Shown piece after piece: positions 10,068 to 18,665 of a DNA stretch of 64,000 nt. The DNA comes from an uncultured bacterium (GTDB lineage: Bacteria; Actinomycetota; Acidimicrobiia; Spongiisociales; ZC4RG35). Positions within the stretch are counted from its first letter, which is position 1. Each line of letters starts with the position of its first letter. The stretch is from assembly GCA_963785075.1 (NCBI GenBank), contig CAWATW010000004.1, forward strand, positions 338,516 through 402,515, written 5' to 3'. Made by a program: the position numbers and the translations under genes. Below the pieces are notes generated by a model, which saw only the letters and a program-made list of their open reading frames with translations, made no database searches and was not told the DNA's origin.

Positions 10068-10088
10068 GCGAGGAGCGAGGAGCGAGGA
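10068..10088. repeat. (GCGAGGA)x3 tandem heptamers directly 3' of the hairpin
   Basis: gcgagga gcgagga gcgagga. Confidence 0.5.
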
Positions 10089-10371
10089 GCCAGACCCCCG
10101 CCCCTTCCTCGTCGACACCCTTCCCCATCGGCACAGAAGGGGTCGCCCACCCGTCTCAGCACTCACACCGTGGCCCGAAAGGCGGTTTGGCTCCTCGCAG
10201 CGAGCGAAGCGAGCGGCCTCGCCCCTGGCTTTTCGCACTCCAGCCAATGTCCTTACGCGGCTCTAGGACGCGCCGACGGGATCTTTGCAGGGTCGATGGA
10301 CGACCCCGACAGACACACGGAGGTGTCGAAGTGCCTACGCGCACCAGGACAAACAAGAGTGGGGGCTCCCG

Positions 10372-11160
10372 ATGTTGACCATTGGCGGAGTCGTTCTGGT
10401 CCTCGTCGCCATCGTCGTGTCGACGTTGATGGACGGAAACTCATTCGGACCGCTCATCGGGCCCTCTTCTCTCGTGCTCGTGTTCTTCGGTGCGGTCGGC
10501 GCAGGCATGACCGCTTTCGAGATCCCACATCTCGCCGGTATGCCCAAGGCCATGATCAAGGCGTTCACCGGCAAGCCCGCCAACGGCGACCAAGCCGTGA
10601 ACACCATGATGAAGATGGCGGAGGTCGCCCGCCGGGAGGGGGTTCTCGCTCTCGAGGAGAAGCTGAAGGACATCGAGGATCCGTTCCTGCAGCAAGGCCT
10701 GCAACTGGTGGTCGACGGCATGGACACCGAGAACGCTCGGGCGATTCTCGAGACGATGGTCGACTCGGTGGATGCCAGGCACACCACGCAGATCGGATTG
10801 TGGAAGGCGATCGGTGGCTACTGCCCGACGCTCGGGATGATGGGAACCGTCATCGGGCTCATCAACATGCTCGGGAACCTGTCCGACCCCTCTCAGCTCG
10901 GCATCGGCATGTCCCTGGCTCTGCTGACGACTCTGTACGGCGTGTTCTTCTCGAACGTGATCTTCATCCCCGTGGCCAACAAGCTCGAGCAACTCAACAC
11001 TGCCGAGATATCCACCATGAGTCTCATCATCGACGGTGTCCTCGCCATCCAAGCAGGGGCGAGCCCACGCATGCTGGTCGAGCGCCTGGAGGCGTTCCTC
11101 GAGCCGGCGCAGCGCATCGGGCACCACGCCCGGGCGAAAGGCGGGGCGGAGGCCGCCTGA
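10372..11160 (+). CDS. motA: flagellar stator protein MotA
   Basis: 4-TM MotA/TolQ/ExbB fold, ..CPTLGMMGTVIGLINMLGNL.. Confidence 0.85.
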   Translation: MLTIGGVVLVLVAIVVSTLMDGNSFGPLIGPSSLVLVFFGAVGAGMTAFEIPHLAGMPKAMIKAFTGKPANGDQAVNTMMKMAEVARREGVLALEEKLKDIEDPFLQQGLQLVVDGMDTENARAILETMVDSVDARHTTQIGLWKAIGGYCPTLGMMGTVIGLINMLGNLSDPSQLGIGMSLALLTTLYGVFFSNVIFIPVANKLEQLNTAEISTMSLIIDGVLAIQAGASPRMLVERLEAFLEPAQRIGHHARAKGGAEAA

Positions 11161-11990
11161 TGGCTAGGAAGGAAAAAGGCCCAGACACCGCATCGATGGA
11201 GGCCGAACTCAGGTTCATGGGAACATACGGGGATGCGATCACCCTCCTGATGGCGTTCTTCGTGATGCTGTACGCCATCTCGCAGGTCGACACCCAGAAG
11301 TTTCAACTGTTGGTCTCCGGGCTCGCCGACCCTTTCAAGAACACGGCCGCCGAGGAGGGCCTACTCGATTCTGGGACGGGCATCGTCGGACCGCAGTTCA
11401 AGGATCCTGCCATCGAGGAGACCACCCAGGGTATCGAGGGCATCGAATTGATCCCCGACCCGCACCCGATGACGGCCGCCTCGTCCGACGAGGAAGACGA
11501 CGGTGTCTTCCTCGCGAGCGCCGAGGAGCTGGCGGACGTGCGGGACTCGCTCGTCGAGGCGCTCCAGGCCTTCGGGCTGGAGCCTGAAGTCTCGCTGAGA
11601 CTCGACAGCCGCGGGCTCGTCGTATCGATCGCCACCGACGACGTGCTCTTCGCGAGCGGGTCGCCCGTCCTGTCACCGGCCGGGCGTGACATCATCGACG
11701 CCCTCACGCCGATCCTCACCGAGTTCGACAACGAGATCCTCATCGAGGGCCACACCGACACGGTTCCGCTCAACGAGAACGGCTACACGAACTGGAACCT
11801 GTCGGCCGACCGGGCGCTCGCGGTCCTGGAGATCCTGGCGTCCGGAGACGTAAACCCGCGCCGACTTTCGGCGACAGGGTATGGAGAGTTCCGACCGATC
11901 TCCGACAACAGCACCGAAGAGGGCCGGGCGGCGAACCGCCGGGTCGAGATGGTGATCGTTGCCGGAGCTCCCGCACCAACGGAGAATTGA
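11160..11990 (+). CDS. motB: flagellar stator protein MotB (OmpA-like C-terminal domain)
   Basis: N-terminal TM with the plug region, OmpA_C motifs ..ILIEGHTDTVPL..NWNLSADRALAVLEIL..GYGEFRPI..NRRVEM.. ATG overlaps the motA TGA. Confidence 0.85.
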   Translation: MARKEKGPDTASMEAELRFMGTYGDAITLLMAFFVMLYAISQVDTQKFQLLVSGLADPFKNTAAEEGLLDSGTGIVGPQFKDPAIEETTQGIEGIELIPDPHPMTAASSDEEDDGVFLASAEELADVRDSLVEALQAFGLEPEVSLRLDSRGLVVSIATDDVLFASGSPVLSPAGRDIIDALTPILTEFDNEILIEGHTDTVPLNENGYTNWNLSADRALAVLEILASGDVNPRRLSATGYGEFRPISDNSTEEGRAANRRVEMVIVAGAPAPTEN

Positions 11991-11991
11991 G

Positions 11992-12474
11992 ATGGCGAAG
12001 GAAAAGAAGGAAAAGACGCCGAAGGAAGAGGGCGAAGAAGGCGGCAGCGGCAAGCTGAAGAAGATCATTCTGATGGTCGTGCCCGCACTGGCCGTCGGCG
12101 CCGGCCTGTTCTTCTTTCTCGGTGGTGGCGGTGACGCCGAAGCGGCCGCGCCGACGACCACGCTTCCGCCCGTCGAAGGCGAAGTCATCGAAGTCGACAC
12201 CCTCACGGTCAACCTCGTTGGAGAGGAGGGTCGCTACGCACGGGTCGGATTCGCCGTGGTGCTCACCGACCTCGCCGACTCCGGGGCGGTGGCCGGCAAG
12301 ATCCCGCTCATGCGCGACGCCGCGCTCAGCATCATGACCGGTTTCACGTCCACGGAGTTGCAGTCGGCGGAGGGCATGGAGCGGCTCCGTCAAGAGCTGT
12401 CCGATGCCCTCGTGGCCCTGTTCCCCGACGGTGAGGTCCTCCGGGCTGTGCTCACGGAGCTCATCGTCCAGTGA
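11992..12474 (+). CDS. fliL: flagellar basal body-associated protein FliL
   Basis: Lys-rich N-terminus, single TM, ..TLTVNLVGEEGRYARVGFAVVL.. FliL domain. Confidence 0.7.
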   Translation: MAKEKKEKTPKEEGEEGGSGKLKKIILMVVPALAVGAGLFFFLGGGGDAEAAAPTTTLPPVEGEVIEVDTLTVNLVGEEGRYARVGFAVVLTDLADSGAVAGKIPLMRDAALSIMTGFTSTELQSAEGMERLRQELSDALVALFPDGEVLRAVLTELIVQ

Positions 12475-12486
12475 CGGGCGACGATA

Positions 12487-12516
12487 CGTAGTAGGTAGAA
12501 CGGAACACCTACTACG
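12487..12516 (+). terminator. 10-bp inverted repeat cgtagtaggt-N10-acctactacg just after fliL
   Basis: Directly read. An AT-richer island that contains the tacgtagta motif. Confidence 0.35.
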
Positions 12517-12685
12517 GAGGGCGCATACGCGTACCGCCAGGGGATCCTCCGCACCTTCTCCGCCGAGTCCACCAGCGACCCGTGTCCCTCGTGCAGCGAC
12601 CCCGGCACAGCCGCTCCTCCGCATTCACTGAACCGCCCCCACCATCGGCCGACAGGCCTCACGTGGCACGAAACAGGACCTTCGC

Positions 12686-13000
12686 ATGACTCACTCGGTG
12701 GTATCACCGATCGTCGTCCCTGAGCTCACGGACACGTCGAGCGGCATGGCGCAGCGATCCGTCGAAGTGCTCGGTGCCGTCCCCGCCCAGGTCACCGTGG
12801 TGGCCGGGAGGGCCGAGATGACCCTGCGACAGATGCGTGACCTCGATGTCGGCGACATCGTCACGCTGGACCGCAGCCCCGACGCCACAGTGGACATCTA
12901 CGTCAACGGATGCCACATCGCCCGAGGTGACATCATCGTGCTCGACGAGCACATAGCCACCCGGGTCTCAGAACTCGATCCCGACCCGCGAGCGACCTGA
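12686..13000 (+). CDS. fliN: flagellar motor switch protein FliN (SpoA domain)
   Basis: 104 aa, ..VTVVAGRAEMTLRQMRDLDVGDIVTLDRSPDATVDIYVNGCHIARGDIIVLDEHIATRV.. No fliM gene lies between fliL and fliN. Confidence 0.8.
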   Translation: MTHSVVSPIVVPELTDTSSGMAQRSVEVLGAVPAQVTVVAGRAEMTLRQMRDLDVGDIVTLDRSPDATVDIYVNGCHIARGDIIVLDEHIATRVSELDPDPRAT

Positions 13001-13002
13001 CC

Positions 13003-13413
13003 ATGTGGACGTCGACGGTTTCGACCCTTCTGGTGTTCGTGGGTGCCCCGCTGGTGATCTGGTGGATCCGACGGACCAAGGTTGGTGGTCTCGGAGGAGG
13101 TCTCCGAGTCGCCTCCCGCACTGCCCTGACTCGCAACGGGGTCGTGGCGGTGATCGAGACCGATGGGCGCCGCTTCCTCGTTGGTGCCACCGACCACGGA
13201 ATCAATCTCCTGACCGAGCTCGATCGCGACCTCGACGACGAGGATGTCGTCGTGCCGATGGAGCCGATGTCGTTCATGGACGAGGAACAGCCGATGGTGC
13301 CATTGACCCCATCGCACGCAGGGCCAGGGAAGAGCCCGATCGAAACGCTGCGAGCCATGACGGTTCGCAAGCCAACCCGCTCGACCTTCCCTCATGTCCG
13401 CCCTCCGTCCTGA
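13003..13413 (+). CDS. fliO: flagellar biosynthesis protein FliO/FliZ
   Basis: Single N-terminal TM plus ..VVAVIETDGRRFLVGATDHGINLL.. Sits directly before fliP. Confidence 0.6.
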   Translation: MWTSTVSTLLVFVGAPLVIWWIRRTKVGGLGGGLRVASRTALTRNGVVAVIETDGRRFLVGATDHGINLLTELDRDLDDEDVVVPMEPMSFMDEEQPMVPLTPSHAGPGKSPIETLRAMTVRKPTRSTFPHVRPPS

Positions 13414-14236
13414 GCCAACCCGCGCACTGCGGCTCTTGATCGCCATCACGGCGGTGTGCTCTGTGCTCGCGTCTGCGCTCCCCGCGTCGGCTCAGACGCT
13501 GACGACCCCGGAAGTGACCGTGCCGGCCGTGACCGTACCCGAGCCGGGAGCAGTACCCGAGGTGCCTTCGATCGCTGTTCAGGTCAACGGTGTCGAGGGA
13601 GGTCTCACGCAAACGGTCTCTCTGGTCTTGCTCATGACGATGGGATCGCTCCTCCCGGGCCTCCTGCTGCTGGCGACGAGCTTCACACGATTCATCGTGG
13701 TGCTCGGCCTCACCCGAAACGCGGTAGGAATCCAGACCGCTCCCCCTGCACCGGTGCTGATCGGGATCGCCCTGTTCCTCACATTGTTCGTCATGAAACC
13801 GGTGCTGACACAGGTGTGGGACGACGCCGCCCAACCGCTCATCGACCAGGAGATCTCGATCGATGAGGCCTACGACAGGGGCTACGCGCCACTCCGTGAG
13901 TTCATGCTTGCACAGACCCGCGAGGAGGATCTCCGACTCTTCCTGGACCTGGCCGAAGGGCCGCAGCCCGAGTCGCCGGAAGAGATCGGCGCCACCGTGC
14001 TCATTCCCGCCTACATCGTCTCGGAACTCCGGACCGCGTTCATCATCGGCTTCGTGGTGTTCGTCCCATTCCTCATCATCGACCTCATCGTGTCGACCGT
14101 CCTCATGGCGCTCGGAATGGTGATGCTGCCGCCAACCTTCATCTCGCTTCCCCTGAAGCTCCTGCTGTTCGTCCTCGCCGACGGGTGGGTGCTGTTGATC
14201 GGGTCACTCGTCTCGTCGGTGCAGGGTGGGGGTTAG
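13394..14236 (+). CDS. fliP: flagellar export apparatus protein FliP
   Basis: Signal peptide, ..FTRFIVVLGLTRNAVGIQTAPP.. and ..GFVVFVPFLIIDLIVSTVLMALGMVMLPP.. FliP signatures. Confidence 0.9.
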   Translation: MSALRPEPTRALRLLIAITAVCSVLASALPASAQTLTTPEVTVPAVTVPEPGAVPEVPSIAVQVNGVEGGLTQTVSLVLLMTMGSLLPGLLLLATSFTRFIVVLGLTRNAVGIQTAPPAPVLIGIALFLTLFVMKPVLTQVWDDAAQPLIDQEISIDEAYDRGYAPLREFMLAQTREEDLRLFLDLAEGPQPESPEEIGATVLIPAYIVSELRTAFIIGFVVFVPFLIIDLIVSTVLMALGMVMLPPTFISLPLKLLLFVLADGWVLLIGSLVSSVQGGG

Positions 14237-14239
14237 CTC

Positions 14240-14503
14240 GTGAGCGACGTCGAAGTGATCGAGATCCTCCTCGGGGCCCTCGACCTGGTGACCCGGCTCG
14301 CCGGACCGATGCTGGCGGCAACCCTCATCATCGGTGTGGGCGTTTCGATCCTCCAGACGGTCACGCAGATCCAGGAAATGACACTGACCTTCGTGCCCAA
14401 GCTCATCGCAGCGGGAGCGATCCTGGTCTTCGGTGGCAACTGGATGCTACGGGAGCTGGTGAGCTGGACCACACTCCTGTGGGAACGCATCGGGTCGATG
14501 TGA
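14240..14503 (+). CDS. fliQ: flagellar export apparatus protein FliQ
   Basis: 87 aa, 2 TM, GTG start. Confidence 0.85.
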   Translation: MSDVEVIEILLGALDLVTRLAGPMLAATLIIGVGVSILQTVTQIQEMTLTFVPKLIAAGAILVFGGNWMLRELVSWTTLLWERIGSM

Positions 14504-14504
14504 C

Positions 14505-15266
14505 ATGGAGGCTGTGATCGACGTCGCCGGGATGACCGGCATCGTCCTCGCCATCACACGGGTGGGTGCCTTCTCAGTCGCCTCGCCCGTACTCAAAGCG
14601 TTTCCGGCGACCGGACGCAGCGCGTTCGCGTTGGCGGTCGGCCTCGCGTTGGCCCGCCCCACTCCCATGCCGACCTCCCTGTCCGGTTTCATCGTGGTGA
14701 TGGCCACCAACATCGGCGTCGGCGTAACGCTCGGCTTCCTGACCGGCATCCTCCTACACGCCTTCGAGGTAGCGGGTTCGATCATCGACCTGAACTCGGG
14801 GCTCAACGCCAGCCAGATCTTCGACCCGCTCAGCGGTCAATCCGTCTCGGTGTTCGGTCGCGCATTCAACCTGGCGGCAATCACGTTGTGGCTCGTCATG
14901 GGCGGCGACCGGCTCGCCGTCGAGGCTCTCGCCGCAACCGTGGAGATGATTCCGCTGAACGGTGCGTTGTCCTTCGCTCCCGGCATCGCCGAGACTGCCG
15001 TGGCCCTGGTTGCGCAGATGCTGCTGGCGGCGGTGCAGCTCACCATTCCTGCGCTTGCTGCCCTCATGGTGGTCGAGGTCGCACTTGGCGTGGCCGCCCG
15101 CTTCGCTCCGCAGGCGAACGTCTTTGCTCTGGGCCTCCCTGCCAAGCTGGCCGCTGCCCTTGCAACGGTGTCTCTGGTCGTGATGGCCTTTCCCGGCGCG
15201 ATCGGCACCTCGATGGACGCCACCAGAGATGTGGTGGTGACCACCATCCGCGGGCTGGGTGGCTAG
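14505..15266 (+). CDS. fliR: flagellar export apparatus protein FliR
   Basis: 253 aa polytopic protein in the conserved position. Confidence 0.85.
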   Translation: MEAVIDVAGMTGIVLAITRVGAFSVASPVLKAFPATGRSAFALAVGLALARPTPMPTSLSGFIVVMATNIGVGVTLGFLTGILLHAFEVAGSIIDLNSGLNASQIFDPLSGQSVSVFGRAFNLAAITLWLVMGGDRLAVEALAATVEMIPLNGALSFAPGIAETAVALVAQMLLAAVQLTIPALAALMVVEVALGVAARFAPQANVFALGLPAKLAAALATVSLVVMAFPGAIGTSMDATRDVVVTTIRGLGG

Positions 15267-15426
15267 CGCTCGACCAGGTACACGGGTGTCGGTGTCCGTG
15301 CCGACAGCCGACGACCGGCATGGGCACGAGGGGACTCGAGGGCCATAGGCGTCTTCCGTTGTCCACCAAGCACGTCCGAGAAACCTCGGGGCTGGAACTG
15401 TCACACCACTTCGCGATAATCGACGA

Positions 15427-16665
15427 GTGGGAGCAGTTGCAGAGATCCTCCATCTCGACCTCGATGCGTTCTATGCATCGGTCGAGCAGCTCCTACGCCC
15501 CGAGCTCCGGGGCAGACCAGTCGTGGTAGGAGGCGGCGTGGTACTCGCCGCCTCCTACGAGGCCAGGGCCTTCGGTATATCGGCCCCCATGAACATCAGG
15601 CGGGCGAGAGAACTGTGCCCGCACGTCATCTCGGTGGGCGGGTCATTCGAGAAGTACTCCGAGCTCTCGCAACAGGTGATGGACATCTGCCGTGACGCCA
15701 CTCCCCTGGTGGAACAGATCTCGATCGACGAGGCGTTTCTCGACGTGTCAGGCTCCATCCACCTGCTCGGTGCCCCCGCCGACATCGGGGCCGACCTCAG
15801 AGCACGGATCCGGGCCGAGGTCGGCCTTCCCATCTCGGTGGGTGTGGCATCGACCAAGTTCCTCGCCAAGGTGGCCTCGGGCCAGGCCAAACCCGACGGC
15901 ATGCTCGTCATCGACCCCGCTCGTGAGCTCGAGTGGTTGCACGCGCTCCCCGTACGCGTGATCTGGGGTGTCGGACCGGTCACGGAGACCAACCTCATCG
16001 CCCACGGGATAGAACGGGTCGGACAGATCGCCGAGGCGCCTCCCGAGGCGCTCGCACGGTGGTTGGGACCTGGCGCCGGTCGACACCTCCACGCACTCGC
16101 CTGGAATCGTGACCCCCGATCCGTCAAGGTTGGAGGGCGGGCGGGTTCCGTCGGTGCCCAGAGCGCCCTCGGTCGCGGCCTCACCGCCGACTCGGACCTC
16201 GGCCGCGTCGTGCTGGGGCTCGCAGATCGAGTCTCGGGACGTATGCGCAAGAAGGAACGAGCGGGTCGCACGATCACCGTGCGGGTTCGCTTTGCCGACA
16301 TGGCCAGCGTGACACGGTCCGTCACCCTCCCGGCCGCAGTGTCGACCACGGCAGCGCTTCATCATGCGGGCCTCGAGCTGTTGGCCTCGGCTCGCGCCGA
16401 TCGACCAGGGATCGTGACGCTGGTTGGCATCAGCGTCTCTCATCTCGAGCAGGGCGAAACCCTCCAACTCGAGCTGCCCTTCGACCAGGGTGACCCGACC
16501 CGTGCAGGCAGCCCTCGTGGGGCGGCGCACCTCATGATCGACGAACAGGTCGACGCAGCCAGGGAACGTTTTGGGAAGGATGCGGTCGGCCGAGCATCGG
16601 TGATGCTCGATCGGAACGCGAGGGGCGTTCCCGACGGCTTCCGCGAGTTGGCCGAGAAGGAGTAG
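15427..16665 (+). CDS. dinB: DNA polymerase IV (Y-family, DinB)
   Basis: ILHLDLDAFYASVEQ, RPVVVGGG, AASYEARAFGI, SIDEAFLDVSG and VGVASTKFLAKVASGQAKPDG are all DinB motifs. GTG start. Confidence 0.85.
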   Translation: MGAVAEILHLDLDAFYASVEQLLRPELRGRPVVVGGGVVLAASYEARAFGISAPMNIRRARELCPHVISVGGSFEKYSELSQQVMDICRDATPLVEQISIDEAFLDVSGSIHLLGAPADIGADLRARIRAEVGLPISVGVASTKFLAKVASGQAKPDGMLVIDPARELEWLHALPVRVIWGVGPVTETNLIAHGIERVGQIAEAPPEALARWLGPGAGRHLHALAWNRDPRSVKVGGRAGSVGAQSALGRGLTADSDLGRVVLGLADRVSGRMRKKERAGRTITVRVRFADMASVTRSVTLPAAVSTTAALHHAGLELLASARADRPGIVTLVGISVSHLEQGETLQLELPFDQGDPTRAGSPRGAAHLMIDEQVDAARERFGKDAVGRASVMLDRNARGVPDGFRELAEKE

Positions 16666-16765
16666 AAGCGACCGGACGCGAGCAGGCGGATTTCCGCCCG
16701 ACGCCGAACGCCCGACGGAACCCGCAAACCACAACACGGGGGCCGGGCAGGCATAGGCTGGAACG

Positions 16766-17512
16766 ATGCGGCTGACGGTCATCGGGTCTGCGGGCGGATA
16801 TCCGGCACCGGGTGTTGCCACCTCCGGCTACCTCATCGACCACGGCGAAACCAGGATCTGGTGTGACATCGGTCCGGGCACGGTGGTCGGGTTCCCAGAC
16901 CGGTTGGACACTGTGGACGCGGTCGTCGTCTCCCACGAGCACCCGGATCACTGCCTCGACCTGATCGCGCTGTTCCACGCCCTGGCGTACCGCTTGGGGC
17001 CACCACCAGGGCCTCTGGCGGTGTATGCCCCGCGCCCGGCGATCGACAAGGTCAGAGCCTTCGTGACTCCCGACCAGACGGAACTCATCGACCGAACGTT
17101 CTCGTTCCATCCCATCGAGGTCGATTCGATCGTGGAGGTCGGATCGATTCGGGCCACCTTCGCCGAGACCACACACCCCGTGCAGACGGTGGCGATGCGA
17201 TTCACGGCCGACGGCCACAGTATCGCCTACACCGGCGACACCGGCCCCGCCGGCGACTGGACGAGGGTCGCCGTCGACGCCGACCTACTCCTGTGTGAGG
17301 CGACGTTCGTGGGCACACGAGACGACTACCCCTACCCGTATCACCTCAACGCCTTCGAAGCCGGGCGCATCGCAGCCGCGAGCGGCGTCGACCGGTTGGT
17401 ACTGACGCACATCCCGATGCATTGGGACCCGGCACGATCGCTGATCGAGGCGGGGACCCACTTCGACGGGGATCTGCGCCTCGCCGAGCCCGGTGCCTCC
17501 TGCTCGATCTGA
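16766..17512 (+). CDS. MBL-fold metallo-hydrolase
   Basis: VVVSHEHPDHCLDL (HxHxDH motif) plus downstream His/Asp ligands. Confidence 0.75.
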   Translation: MRLTVIGSAGGYPAPGVATSGYLIDHGETRIWCDIGPGTVVGFPDRLDTVDAVVVSHEHPDHCLDLIALFHALAYRLGPPPGPLAVYAPRPAIDKVRAFVTPDQTELIDRTFSFHPIEVDSIVEVGSIRATFAETTHPVQTVAMRFTADGHSIAYTGDTGPAGDWTRVAVDADLLLCEATFVGTRDDYPYPYHLNAFEAGRIAAASGVDRLVLTHIPMHWDPARSLIEAGTHFDGDLRLAEPGASCSI

Positions 17513-17615
17513 TTCCGACGGCTTACGCGATCGGTCCCCAGGCCGACTGGAATCCTGATCAGGGACGAGAGAACGACGCCCAGGGACGTGGCGGCCACCC
17601 TCCATTTGGGATGCC

Positions 17616-18665
17616 GTGAGCGAAGACAAGTCCCAGAAAACCGAAAAGGCGACATCGAAGCGCCGCCGTGACTCCCGTCGCAAGGGTCAGATCCCCAAGT
17701 CGGCGGAGATCGGCGTGGCCGCCTCATTCGTCACCGCTCTCATCGCCCTGCGAGCATTTGGCCCGGCCACCGTGCGGGTCTTGTTCGAGGACGCCCGGCA
17801 CATCATCGGCTCGGCCGGCTCGAATCCCAGTCTCGGTACGGTTGCAGGGCTTGCGGGCACCATGTTTCTCGTAGGTGTCGCACCGTTCCTCGGGATCGCA
17901 GCGATCGCCGGAACCGCCGGCGCCGTCGCCCAGGTGGGCTTCGTCCTCACGCCAGAGGCCGCCAAGCCCAAACTGTCCAACCTCAATCCCAAACGCGGTC
18001 TCGACAAGCTCAAGCCCGCCACCGCAACATGGGAACTCGCTCGCACGGCCTTGAAGCTGGGGCTCTTCGTCGCCCTCGCCTGGGGCCCCGTTGTAGAAGG
18101 CATCACCGAGCTCGCCGGCGTCCGGACCCTCGACCGGGCGATCGCCGACGTCTCGGCAGTCACCTGGGACGTTCTCGTGAGAGCAGCGATGTTGGCACTG
18201 CTCATCGGTCTGTCCGACTACGCGTTCAATCGTTGGAAGACGGCGAAGGGGATGCGCATGTCGAAAGAGGAGATCAAGCAGGAGTACAAGACCAGCGAAG
18301 GCGACCCCCTCGTCAAGGGCCAGCGGCGTCGCCGTGCCGCCGAAACGAACCGGAATCGGCTCATCAACGTTGCATCCGCCGACGTGGTCGTGACCAACCC
18401 GACACACTTCGCCGTCGCGCTGAAGTACGACCGCGCCGAACCCGCACCGCGGGTGGTTGCAAAGGGAACGGATCGACATGCCAAGAAGATCCGCAGGATG
18501 GCGGCACGACATGGAGTACCGATGGTCGAGAACCGTCCCCTCGCCCGCAGCTTGTTCCGGCGCGTGAAGGTCGGCGGGTTCGTTCCCACCGCCCTATTCG
18601 AAGCCACCGCCGTCGTGTTGGCCGAGGGGTACCGCCGCCGGGGTAGAAGGCCGAGCGCAGCATGA
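17616..18665 (+). CDS. flhB: flagellar export apparatus protein FlhB
   Basis: ..SQKTEKATSKRRRDSRRKGQIPKS.. N-terminus, 4 TM, NPTHFAVAL autocleavage site. Confidence 0.9.
   Translation: MSEDKSQKTEKATSKRRRDSRRKGQIPKSAEIGVAASFVTALIALRAFGPATVRVLFEDARHIIGSAGSNPSLGTVAGLAGTMFLVGVAPFLGIAAIAGTAGAVAQVGFVLTPEAAKPKLSNLNPKRGLDKLKPATATWELARTALKLGLFVALAWGPVVEGITELAGVRTLDRAIADVSAVTWDVLVRAAMLALLIGLSDYAFNRWKTAKGMRMSKEEIKQEYKTSEGDPLVKGQRRRRAAETNRNRLINVASADVVVTNPTHFAVALKYDRAEPAPRVVAKGTDRHAKKIRRMAARHGVPMVENRPLARSLFRRVKVGGFVPTALFEATAVVLAEGYRRRGRRPSAA

Noticed and set aside
9441-11990. 849-aa ORF spanning flgE-motA-motB
   Set aside because: This is a read-through frame in GC-rich DNA. Only the last 277 codons (from ATG 11160) look like a real protein (MotB). 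The upstream part is Arg/Pro-rich junk that overlaps real genes in other frames.
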